36,513 bases of DNA, taken from the NCBI GenBank assembly GCA_945902255.1, contig CAMDMO010000001.1, positions 1-36,513 on the forward strand, given 5' to 3'. The DNA comes from Rickettsia typhi. GTDB taxonomy: Bacteria; Pseudomonadota; Alphaproteobacteria; Rickettsiales; UBA1997. Positions 9,916-17,904 of the stretch are shown one piece after another (the stretch's first letter is position 1; each line of letters starts with the position of its first letter). The notes below the pieces were generated by a model. That model ran no database searches. It was not told the DNA's origin and worked only from the letters and a program-made list of their open reading frames with translations. The position numbers were made by a program, and so were the translations under genes.

Positions 9916-11323
9916 GCTCACCTCCAATTTTTTGAAAATAAACACCATCTAAATTTTCTTCGCGCCATTTATGACCTAAATTTACTACATCACCAATAAT
10001 AGCAAGCGATGGGGAGGTAAATTTTTTCTCACCAAATTCTTTAGAAAAATTTTGAATTGAGCTAATATAAGTTTTTTGATAAGGTGTTGTCGCTTGCTCA
10101 ATTATCGCAATTGGTGTATCAGATTTTTTACCAAATTTAACTAGATTTTGCGTGATTTCTAACAAGTTATGAGATGACATATAAAACACTAAGCTATCAT
10201 CACTTTTCGCCAAATCTCTCCAATAATCTTCGCTCTCAAAATCTTGTTTATACATCGCTAAAAATCTTACCGATTTATTTGAATTTCTTGAAGTTAGAGG
10301 AATTCCAGCATAAGCTGCTGCACCAGATGCCGCAGTAATTCCCGGTACTACTTGATATGGAATATTTAAATCAATAATTGCGTCAATTTCTTCACCCAAA
10401 TGAGCAAAAATTCCAGCATCTCCACCTTTTAGGCGCGCCACCACATTGCCTTTTAGCGCATATTCTCTAATCAATAAATTAATTTCTTCTTGTTGATATA
10501 AATGCTTATCGCGGGTTTTTCCTACATTAATTTTTATCGCATCTTTTCTTGCATAATTTAAAATTTCCGGCGAAACCAAGCGGTCATAAAGCACAATATC
10601 AGCTTTTGACAATAACTTAATTGCTTTAAGAGTAATTAATTCTGGATCACCCGGTCCGGCACCAATAAAATAAACCGCCGCCTCTTTTTTATTTTGAGAA
10701 TTTTCTAATTTATCTTCTAATAATTTTTGTGCTTTTTGCAAATTTCCAATCAACACTTCTTCAGCGATTACGCCATCAATTACTTCTTGCCAAAACAATC
10801 TTCTCGCCTGCAAATTGTTTAATTTTTCTTTTACTAATTTTTTATTTTGCGCCAAAAATTCACTTAATAATGGTAAATTTTCTGGCAATAATTTTTGCAA
10901 TCTTTGTTTTAAAACTCGCGCCAAAACAGGCGAAACCCCTGAAGTTCCAATAGATAAAATAACTTCACCGCGCTTAATATTTGCACCAAAAATAAAATTA
11001 GAAATATCTGGATCATCCACTGCATTAATTAGCTTATTTTGCAATTTAGCATCTTGTGAAATTTCTTGATTCACCTTTTTATCATCAGTTGCCGCAACAA
11101 TAATATCAACTTGTGATAAATATTTTTTATCGTAAGAATCTTTGATTAATTTAATACGATTTTCTTTTGCTAAATTCTCAATTTGAGGATTAATTTTTTC
11201 ACCGATCACCAAAATATTATCGCTAAACTCTAAAATGGTATCTAACTTCGCTAAAGCAATATTTCCAGCTCCAACAACTAAAAACCTAATGTTACTAACA
11301 TTTAAAAATAATGGAAAATACAT
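9905..11323 (-). CDS. cysG: siroheme synthase (precorrin-2 dehydrogenase/ferrochelatase plus uroporphyrinogen-III C-methyltransferase)
   Basis: 472 aa with an N-terminal Rossmann motif FLVVGAGNIA and a C-terminal SUMT domain (VYFIGAGPGDPELITLKA, GGDAGIFAHLGEE). It overlaps the cysH start by 11 nt. Confidence 0.9.
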   Translation of the reverse strand: MYFPLFLNVSNIRFLVVGAGNIALAKLDTILEFSDNILVIGEKINPQIENLAKENRIKLIKDSYDKKYLSQVDIIVAATDDKKVNQEISQDAKLQNKLINAVDDPDISNFIFGANIKRGEVILSIGTSGVSPVLARVLKQRLQKLLPENLPLLSEFLAQNKKLVKEKLNNLQARRLFWQEVIDGVIAEEVLIGNLQKAQKLLEDKLENSQNKKEAAVYFIGAGPGDPELITLKAIKLLSKADIVLYDRLVSPEILNYARKDAIKINVGKTRDKHLYQQEEINLLIREYALKGNVVARLKGGDAGIFAHLGEEIDAIIDLNIPYQVVPGITAASGAAAYAGIPLTSRNSNKSVRFLAMYKQDFESEDYWRDLAKSDDSLVFYMSSHNLLEITQNLVKFGKKSDTPIAIIEQATTPYQKTYISSIQNFSKEFGEKKFTSPSLAIIGDVVNLGHKWREENLDGVYFQKIGGEHGN

Positions 11324-11379
11324 ATTTGATGAACTGCAAATTTAAAATAAAAACAAGAAGAAAAGACAACTAACAACAA

Positions 11380-11415
11380 TTAGCAGCAACAACAGCAAGC
11401 AGCAAAAGACGGCAT
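11380..11415 (-). CDS. candidate leader peptide MPSFAACCCCC (five consecutive Cys codons) upstream of cysG
   Basis: Own reading of the minus strand: ATG CCG TCT TTT GCT GCT TGC TGT TGT TGC TGC TAA. The stop lies 56 nt upstream of the cysG ATG. The ORF is too short for the ORF track. There is only a weak SD-like GGG 8-10 nt upstream of the ATG. Confidence 0.45.
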   Translation of the reverse strand: MPSFAACCCCC

Positions 11416-11465
11416 GAACAACCCAGCGTGAGAAGCTAGGTTAACAGCATTTTTATGATTTTTGT

Positions 11466-11495
11466 ATGATAAAAAACTATCCACTTTTTTTACAA
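11466..11495 (-). promoter_or_regulatory. candidate sigma70-type promoter of the cys operon (TTGTAA - 18 nt - TATCAT)
   Basis: On the minus strand the -35 is at 11490-11495 and the -10 is at 11466-11471. This would put the TSS about 45 nt upstream of the poly-Cys sORF. It is a pattern match only, in AT-rich DNA. Confidence 0.3.
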
Positions 11496-11609
11496 AAAAA
11501 TTAAGGAAGAGCCAGATTGTGCCTCTTTTTCTTTAAAGAATCAACTAATTATTTTTTCTTATACCATTCCAACTAATCCAAGTGTCGGCAAATAAAAGTG
11601 ATGTTCGCC

Positions 11610-12380
11610 TTAATCCACCGCAAAACCACTCTCAACTAAGATCTTTCTAGCTTTATCGGTTTTTAAAAATTTTAAGAATTCTCGCGCAATTTCCATATTA
11701 TCTCCAGCAATTACCAGCGCTTGATAAAAAATATTCTGACCCTTTGTTTTAGATAAAATTTTAAGATCTGACTTACTTTTAATCTGACTTGCAAATAATA
11801 TAGCGTAGTATTCAGGATTGTCTTTGATGATAGTAATAATCGGAGTTTTATCCTCCACCAATTTATTTAAAAGCTTTAAATCACTAAAGTTAAATTTACT
11901 AATAAAATCATTGCCAAATTTACCAGAAGAATTTCCTTGATGATCTAAGATTAGAGTGGATTTATTTTGATCTAAAATTTTTATTGCCTCTTCGAATGGC
12001 ACTTTTCTTTCCAATAAAACTGGTAAAATTTTTGGATTATCCTTAGAGGTAACAAGTACCATCTCATCGCGCGCAATAAAACTAACATTATAAACATCCA
12101 CTACACCTTTTTGACGCAGAGCCTCGACCAATCCAGAGTGAGCTGAAATAAAAACATCAGCGGGCTCTCCAGAATCAACTTCATTCATTAAATCTAGAGC
12201 TGAATTAAAATTTATTGAGACAATTACATTATTTTTTTGCGAATAAAGACGAGCGATTTTAGTCAAAGCCTGCGCCATGCTTGGCTCAGCAAAAACAGTA
12301 ATGTTTCTGCTGGAAGAAGCGAAGGAGGCTTTGCTAAAAAAAACTATCGCAAAAAATAGGACGAAAAATTTTTTTAACAT
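11610..12380 (-). CDS. periplasmic oxyanion-binding protein, ModA (molybdate/tungstate) family-like
   Basis: 256 aa with a signal peptide (MLKKFFVLFFAIVFFSKASFA). ITVFAEPSMAQAL...ADVFISA resembles the ModA pattern ITVFAAASL...ADLFISA. Its start abuts the nrdB stop (TAA then ATG). No permease or ATPase gene is adjacent. Confidence 0.55.
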   Translation of the reverse strand: MLKKFFVLFFAIVFFSKASFASSSRNITVFAEPSMAQALTKIARLYSQKNNVIVSINFNSALDLMNEVDSGEPADVFISAHSGLVEALRQKGVVDVYNVSFIARDEMVLVTSKDNPKILPVLLERKVPFEEAIKILDQNKSTLILDHQGNSSGKFGNDFISKFNFSDLKLLNKLVEDKTPIITIIKDNPEYYAILFASQIKSKSDLKILSKTKGQNIFYQALVIAGDNMEIAREFLKFLKTDKARKILVESGFAVD

Positions 12381-13376
12381 TTATATAACCAACATTTTTT
12401 GTCTATCTTGATCAATATCTTCAAACACTTCTTCCCAAGTTCCCGTAGTAGAAGCCTTACTATATTCAGTAACTCTATTTTCAAAAAAGTTGGTATGTTC
12501 AACACCATTTAAAATCTCGTCAAGCCATGGAAGTGGATTAATATCAATCATGTAAATATCTTTTAATCCCAATTGATTTAAGCGTCTATCTGCAATATAG
12601 CGAATATAACGCTTAACTTCGCGTGAAGTTAGGCCTTCAACATTTCCCATTTCAAAAGCAAGATCGATAAAAGCATCTTCGTAATGCACAATAGTTGCGC
12701 AAGCTTCGTAAAGACGACCTTTCAAATCTTCATCCCAAACTTCGGAGTTTTCTTGCACAAAGGTGCGAAAAAGTTTGATGATAGAATTAGTGTGCAAAGT
12801 CTCATCACGCACTGACCAAGCAATGATTTGACCCATTCCCTTCATTTTTCCAAATCTTTGAAAATTTAACAAAATAGCAAAAGAAGCGAATAGTTGCAAA
12901 CCTTCTGTAAACCCACCAAACACCGCCAAAGTAGTCGCTATATCTTTATTGGTTTTAATACCAAATTTATGCATATAGTCATATTTATCTTTCATTTCCT
13001 TATATTTCATGAAAGCCTGATATTCGGTTTCCGGCATGCCAATTGTATCAAGTAAATGAGAATAAGCGGCAATGTGAACAGTTTCCATATTTGAAAATGC
13101 AGATAACATCATTTGCACTTCGATTGGCTTAAAAACTTGTGAATAATGCTTCATATAGCAGTTATTCACTTCAATATCAGCCTGAGTAAAAAAGCGAAAA
13201 ATTTGCGATAATAAATTTTTTTCACCACTAGTTAGATTATGTTTCCAATCCCTAACATCGTCAGCTAAAGGAACTTCCTCTGGAAGCCAGTGAATTTGTT
13301 GTTGTTTTAACCAAGCATCATATGCCCAAGGATAGCTAAATGGCTTGTAAATTGGTTTCGCATCAAGAAGAGACAT
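12381..13376 (-). CDS. nrdB: ribonucleoside-diphosphate reductase beta subunit (class I)
   Basis: 331 aa. It shows a ferritin-like di-iron pattern (EVNNCYMKHY, ETVHIAAYSHL, EGLQLFASF, RDETLHT), and its length is typical of NrdB. Confidence 0.9.
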   Translation of the reverse strand: MSLLDAKPIYKPFSYPWAYDAWLKQQQIHWLPEEVPLADDVRDWKHNLTSGEKNLLSQIFRFFTQADIEVNNCYMKHYSQVFKPIEVQMMLSAFSNMETVHIAAYSHLLDTIGMPETEYQAFMKYKEMKDKYDYMHKFGIKTNKDIATTLAVFGGFTEGLQLFASFAILLNFQRFGKMKGMGQIIAWSVRDETLHTNSIIKLFRTFVQENSEVWDEDLKGRLYEACATIVHYEDAFIDLAFEMGNVEGLTSREVKRYIRYIADRRLNQLGLKDIYMIDINPLPWLDEILNGVEHTNFFENRVTEYSKASTTGTWEEVFEDIDQDRQKMLVI

Positions 13377-13397
13377 TTTATATAAAATTAAAGTTAA

Positions 13398-13446
13398 AAA
13401 CTATATATAGTGGCAAATTCATCATCACCAACACATTATATTGTGT
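13398..13446. promoter_or_regulatory. two NrdR-box-like palindromes upstream of nrdB
   Basis: Box 1 is 13398-13413 (AAACTATATATAGTGG). Box 2 is 13431-13446 (ACACATTATATTGTGT). By my count each matches 14 to 15 of 16 positions of the recalled NrdR consensus acaCwAtATaTwGtgt. The centres are 33 bp apart, and box 1 is 22-37 nt upstream of the nrdB ATG. Confidence 0.55.
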
Positions 13447-13563
13447 TTTATGTTTTTTTAATAAGCAAAATTTTTTTAATAAATATTGATTCTGCAAATT
13501 TTATAACTAGATTTTGTAACGCAAAAAAAATTTTACAATATTAATAATTAATTATTTACAAAC

Positions 13564-14166
13564 ATGTCAGTTTTAGTTGGAAAAAAAGCTCCGGATTTTA
13601 CTGCTTCAGCAGTTATGCCGAATAACGAAATTAATGACAAATTCAGCTTACACGCCCATCTTAAAGGCAAAATCGCTGTATTATTCTTCTATCCACTTGA
13701 TTTTACATTTGTTTGTCCTTCAGAAATTATTGCTTTTGATAATCGCTTACAAGAATTTAAAGATCGTGGCGTTGAAGTAATTGGGGTTTCTGTTGACTCA
13801 AAATTTAGCCATATCGCTTGGAAAAATACCGCAATTAATAATGGCGGAATTGGTCAAGTTCAATATATTTTAGTTTCAGATTTAACTAAACAAATTGCTC
13901 GTGATTATGATGTATTAATGGGTGAAGCGGTTGCTTTGCGCGGAACTTTTTTAATTGATCAAGAAGGTGTAGTTCGTCATCAAGTAGTGAATGACTTACC
14001 TCTTGGACGCAATATTGATGAAGCTATTCGCATGGTTGATTCTCTATTATTCTTCCAACAACATGGTGAAGTTTGCCCTGCAGGCTGGAATAAGGGTCAA
14101 AAAGGTATGAAAGCTGATGCTAAAGGCGTTGCTGAATATCTTGCTGATAATGCAAAAAAATTGTAA
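13564..14166 (+). CDS. ahpC: typical 2-Cys peroxiredoxin (AhpC/Tsa family)
   Basis: 200 aa with the peroxidatic Cys in DFTFVCPSEI and the resolving Cys in GEVCPAGW. Confidence 0.9.
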   Translation: MSVLVGKKAPDFTASAVMPNNEINDKFSLHAHLKGKIAVLFFYPLDFTFVCPSEIIAFDNRLQEFKDRGVEVIGVSVDSKFSHIAWKNTAINNGGIGQVQYILVSDLTKQIARDYDVLMGEAVALRGTFLIDQEGVVRHQVVNDLPLGRNIDEAIRMVDSLLFFQQHGEVCPAGWNKGQKGMKADAKGVAEYLADNAKKL

Positions 14167-14173
14167 GCAATTT

Positions 14174-14197
14174 AGAGGCGCGATTTATCGTGCCTCT
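14174..14197. terminator. hairpin between convergent ahpC and ubiB (AGAGGC...GCCTCT)
   Basis: AGAGGCgCGAtttaTCGtGCCTCT has a 6-bp GC-rich outer stem plus a 3-bp inner stem, followed by T/A-rich sequence. It could serve both convergent genes. Confidence 0.45.
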
Positions 14198-14211
14198 ATT
14201 AATTTCCCACA

Positions 14212-15504
14212 TTAAAACTTCAAAAACTTCTTTGCCATTCCAAATAAATCCACTAAAACATCTCTAATTTTTGCATCAAAGCCAATATTTTTCTTCGCCC
14301 ATTCACTAACCCAAGGACGAGCCAGTTCCCACATATTTAAGTTAGGATCCAACATTACCCCAACCCCCTCAACCAAAAGTAGAGTTTTTTGCAATAATAA
14401 CAACTCTGGATTGGTTGACATTTTATAATCACGAGTCATTACAATTAAGTTGGAAAGTAGTTTAGCTAAAGAGACTTCTTTAATTGAAGATCCTACAATT
14501 GTTTCGCCAATTTTTCTGCAAGATAAAGCAAGCGCGTCAACATCCGTATCTTGAGGAACAAGTCCTGCATCAACATGAATTTGAGCAACTTTTTTATAAT
14601 CTTTTTGCAAAAATCCAATCAAAATCTCCGCAACCGCAAGACGAGTTTTTTTATCAATTTGCCCCATAATTCCAAAATCAACCACACCAATATCGCCATT
14701 TTTTAGTAAAAATAAATTTCCTAAATGCATGTCTGCATGAAAAAATCCATTAGCGTAAACTTGTGTAAAATAGCTATTTACAAGGTTTTGTGCGATTTGT
14801 TTTTTATCAAAACTAGAGTTTAAAATTTCTACCTGATTTGAAAATGGAATTCCATCCAACCATTCTAACACCAAAATTTTAGTGGTAGAAAATTTCCAAT
14901 AAATTTCTGGAACATAAAAACCCGCCACACTTTTTAATTCTTCTTTTAAGCGAGAAGCATTAGCCGCTTCTTGCAATAAGTCTAACTCACTTTTTGAAAC
15001 TTGAGATAAAAGATCGGCAATGTCAGAAAGGCTTTTTGCTAAAAACTTAGAAAAAAATGCGATAAATTTTATAATTATTTTTAAAGTTGAAATATCTCGC
15101 GCCATTATCTGCGATATTCTTGGGCGCAAAATTTTTACCGCTACAATTTTTCCATCTATTAATTTTGCCTTATGAACTTGCGCAATTGAAGCTGATGCGA
15201 CTGCTTGAAAATCAAAATCTGAAAAAATTTTATCAAAATTATCACCAAATTCTTGCTTTAAAATTATTCTAACTTTTTCACTTTTAAATGACTTTATTTT
15301 GTCTTGAAAACTAGAGAGAACTTCTGCCAAATCTTGACCAACAAGATCTTGTCGAACTGATAATATTTGTCCAAGCTTGATAAATGATGGACCAGCAAAT
15401 CTTAAGAAAAAATAAATCGCGCGGTTTTTATAAAAAGGATAGGCAACCAAAGAAACTATAAAGAGAATCAATAGTCGAAAAATATTTAGAATAGAAAATA
15501 ACAC
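14212..15504 (-). CDS. ubiB: UbiB/ABC1-family atypical kinase (ubiquinone biosynthesis), short form
   Basis: 430 aa with GPSFIKLGQILSVRQDL, ASASIAQVHKAKL, VAVKILRP and FFHADMHLGNLF motifs. The start codon at 15502-15504 reads GTG. It lacks the C-terminal membrane segment of E. coli UbiB, by comparison from memory. Confidence 0.8.
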   Translation of the reverse strand: MLFSILNIFRLLILFIVSLVAYPFYKNRAIYFFLRFAGPSFIKLGQILSVRQDLVGQDLAEVLSSFQDKIKSFKSEKVRIILKQEFGDNFDKIFSDFDFQAVASASIAQVHKAKLIDGKIVAVKILRPRISQIMARDISTLKIIIKFIAFFSKFLAKSLSDIADLLSQVSKSELDLLQEAANASRLKEELKSVAGFYVPEIYWKFSTTKILVLEWLDGIPFSNQVEILNSSFDKKQIAQNLVNSYFTQVYANGFFHADMHLGNLFLLKNGDIGVVDFGIMGQIDKKTRLAVAEILIGFLQKDYKKVAQIHVDAGLVPQDTDVDALALSCRKIGETIVGSSIKEVSLAKLLSNLIVMTRDYKMSTNPELLLLQKTLLLVEGVGVMLDPNLNMWELARPWVSEWAKKNIGFDAKIRDVLVDLFGMAKKFLKF

Positions 15505-15545
15505 GAATTTATTTAGTTTAACACCAAGGATATGACAAACGCCTT

Positions 15546-15878
15546 TTATTCAATGGCGCTTGAGATGGCTGCTGCATCACCTTGATGCACATCAACTTTG
15601 ATTTGATTAAGATGAGGATCAATTCCAGCCCATCCAAATAATTTACCTAGAAGTTGCGATGTTATATTTAAAATATTCCCAGTAACCTCTTGGATTCTTG
15701 ACATCACTAGCTTAAGTGCGTTCGTTGCTTCTGGAGATAATTTTAAAATCAGAGCTACTTCATCAACCGTAATGATATTTAGAGCAAACATTACCACAAA
15801 AATTGAAAATGTAGTAGAAGCAAAAATTATCGCAGTTCTAAGCGTAAGAAAGGAAAGAATATCTGGCATATATTTCAT
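15546..15878 (-). CDS. hypothetical small membrane protein
   Basis: 110-aa ORF with one clear N-terminal hydrophobic helix (AIIFASTTFSIFVVMFALNII). I recognise no family. The coding call rests on ORF length and the fit between neighbouring genes. Confidence 0.4.
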   Translation of the reverse strand: MKYMPDILSFLTLRTAIIFASTTFSIFVVMFALNIITVDEVALILKLSPEATNALKLVMSRIQEVTGNILNITSQLLGKLFGWAGIDPHLNQIKVDVHQGDAAAISSAIE

Positions 15879-15935
15879 AAAATTTATAAACGATCTGACT
15901 ATGAGATTTTATATAAGTTATTTTTCAAGCAAAAT

Positions 15936-16991
15936 TTAATCTGTATTTTTAAAAAGCAAAGAAGTGTCTCCATAAGAATAGAAACGATATTTATTTTCAA
16001 TTGCGTGTTTATAAATTTCAAAAGCTTTTTTCTTGCCTACAAAAGCACAAATTAACATAAATAAAGTTGATTGTGGTAAGTGAAAATTTGTCATCAAAAT
16101 ATCAACAACTTTAAATTTATAAGGCGGATAGATAAAAATTTCAGTGTCTAAATTTGCTGCTTTTACCAAGCCATTTTCATCTGCAACCGATTCTAAAACT
16201 CTCAAAGATGTAGTTCCAACTGCAATAACTCTTTTTTTAGCTAATTTAGCAGCGTTAATAATATCTGCTACTTCCTGCGAAATAACAAAAAATTCTGAAT
16301 GCATTTTATGATCTTTTATAAATTCTGATCGAACTGGTAAAAAAGTTCCCGCACCAACATTTAATGTAACAAAAACTTTCTGAACTTTTTTCTCATCAAG
16401 CATCTTCATTATATTATCAGTAAAATGTAAGCCCGCGGTTGGTGCAGCTACTGCGGCGCCGTTAGCGGCATAAATGGTTTGATAGTTTTTCTCATCTTTT
16501 TTATCATCATCTCTACTGCTATATCTTCTGTCTATATAAGGTGGAAGTGGCATTGAGCCATATTTTTCAAGCATCTCCATTAATTGATCTTCAGAACATT
16601 CAAACTCAACATGGATAAATCCGTTATCTAATTTTTCAATTACTTCAGCAAAAAAATCTGTCGAAATTCTTAAAATATCACCAACTATAACCCTTTTAGC
16701 CGGATAACATAAGGCTTCCCAAACATCGCCACCAATTTTTTTAGTTAAATTAAATTCTAATGTAGCAGAGCTTCTTAAAATTATCGCACTTAATTGCGCC
16801 TTGATAACTCGCGCATCGTTAAAAACGATAACATCTCCCTCTTGCAAAAAATCAAGCAAGTTGATTAGCTTGGCATCAGATATTTCCTTGTTATCAAAAA
16901 CCAACATTTTAGTTTCTTCTTTTGGAAAAAATGGCTGGTGAGCGATTAAATTTTCAGGCAATTCAAAATTAAACTCAGAGGTTTTTAACAT
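15936..16991 (-). CDS. queA: S-adenosylmethionine:tRNA ribosyltransferase-isomerase
   Basis: 351 aa. The N-terminus SEFNFELPENLIAHQP, plus PPYI, APTAGLHF and AVGTTSLRVLES, are QueA signatures. Confidence 0.92.
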   Translation of the reverse strand: MLKTSEFNFELPENLIAHQPFFPKEETKMLVFDNKEISDAKLINLLDFLQEGDVIVFNDARVIKAQLSAIILRSSATLEFNLTKKIGGDVWEALCYPAKRVIVGDILRISTDFFAEVIEKLDNGFIHVEFECSEDQLMEMLEKYGSMPLPPYIDRRYSSRDDDKKDEKNYQTIYAANGAAVAAPTAGLHFTDNIMKMLDEKKVQKVFVTLNVGAGTFLPVRSEFIKDHKMHSEFFVISQEVADIINAAKLAKKRVIAVGTTSLRVLESVADENGLVKAANLDTEIFIYPPYKFKVVDILMTNFHLPQSTLFMLICAFVGKKKAFEIYKHAIENKYRFYSYGDTSLLFKNTD

Positions 16992-16992
16992 A

Positions 16993-17742
16993 ATGGATCA
17001 AGTAGATTTCGGATTTAAAAAAGTGGATCGTGAAAAAAAGGCTGACCTCGTTAAAGAGGTATTTTCAAATGTCGCCAAGAAATATGATTTAATGAACGAC
17101 TTCATGAGCGCTGGAATTCATCGATTATGGAAGAATAAAATGATAGAAGAAATAAATTTTAGCAATGCAAATCATATAATTGATCTTGCTGGCGGAACTG
17201 GAGATATTGCATTTCGTATTGCTAAAAAAGCGCGTGAAAAAAATATAAAATGCGAAATTGATGTGGTCGACATTAATCAAGAAATGCTTAATGTTGGTCG
17301 CGCTAGAGCGGTTGATCTTAATCTTTTTTCTAACTTAAAATTCACTTGTTGCGATGGTGAAAAATTGTCTTTTGGCAATGAGGTTTTTGATTTTTTTACT
17401 ATCGCTTTTGGAATTAGAAATTTCACCAATATTGAAGCGGGACTTACCGAGGCCTATCGTGTTTTAAAGCCAAATGGCAAATTTATTTGTTTAGAATTTT
17501 CAAAAGTTAACGATTATTTTTTACAAAAAATTTATGACACTTATTCTTTTAAAGTAATTCCAAAAATTGGTGAAATAGTTTTGAAAGACAAAGATTCTTA
17601 TCAATATTTAGTTGAAAGCATAAGAAAATTTCCCAGCCAAGATGCGTTTAAGAAAATGATTGAAAAGGCAGGATTTAAAAATGTTTCTTATAAAAATTTA
17701 AGCTTTGGCGCGGCGGCAATTCATGTAGGATATAAGTCTTAA
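16993..17742 (+). CDS. ubiE: ubiquinone/menaquinone biosynthesis C-methyltransferase
   Basis: 249 aa. FGFKKV...K...V..VF..VA.KYDLMND.MS.GIHRLWK is the canonical UbiE N-terminus. The SAM motif is DLAGGTGDIA. Confidence 0.92.
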   Translation: MDQVDFGFKKVDREKKADLVKEVFSNVAKKYDLMNDFMSAGIHRLWKNKMIEEINFSNANHIIDLAGGTGDIAFRIAKKAREKNIKCEIDVVDINQEMLNVGRARAVDLNLFSNLKFTCCDGEKLSFGNEVFDFFTIAFGIRNFTNIEAGLTEAYRVLKPNGKFICLEFSKVNDYFLQKIYDTYSFKVIPKIGEIVLKDKDSYQYLVESIRKFPSQDAFKKMIEKAGFKNVSYKNLSFGAAAIHVGYKS

Positions 17743-17746
17743 AAAA

Positions 17747-17821
17747 TGGTGCTGTCAGCGGGAATCGAACCCGCGATCTCTTCATTACCAATGAAGTGCT
17801 CTACCGCTGAGCCATGACAGC
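17747..17821 (-). tRNA. tRNA-Thr (anticodon GGU), CCA encoded
   Basis: Folded by hand on the minus strand: GCTGTCA tg GCTC agcggta GAGC a CTTCA ttGGTaa TGAAG agatc GCGGG ttcgatt CCCGC TGACAGC a CCA. This gives a 7/4/5/5-bp cloverleaf with a TTCGATT T-loop. Confidence 0.9.
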
Positions 17822-17904
17822 TTCTTTATTAAATATACAAGGGGTTGGAAATTATCGCACCATAAATTCAACTTTCAAGCAGCTTCTTATCAACAACTAC
17901 CCGA

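Noticed and set aside
11324-11379. Classical intrinsic terminator / antiterminator pair downstream of the poly-Cys sORF
   Set aside because: The region is G/U-rich with almost no C, so no stable GC stem precedes the U-tracts. I could find only 4-5 bp pairings such as GCUGC with GCAGU. The attenuation mechanism is therefore left open rather than asserted.
11497-11545. Terminator for the ModA-like gene (AAGAG...CTCTT followed by a T-run on the minus strand)
   Set aside because: It has only a 5-bp stem with a large loop, too weak to call.
15546-15878. The 110-aa ORF as the missing VirB3 or a VirB2 pilin
   Set aside because: It has only one hydrophobic segment, lacks a VirB3-type motif and a VirB2-like signal peptide with two helices, and lies 5 kb away on the far side of unrelated genes.
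17747-17904. tRNA-Thr next to the virB6/virB4 genes as an integration site of a mobile T4SS island
   Set aside because: I found no direct repeat of the tRNA 3' end in the virB4-ampG spacer or elsewhere in the window, and no integrase or relaxase. The vir genes have the same composition as the core genes.
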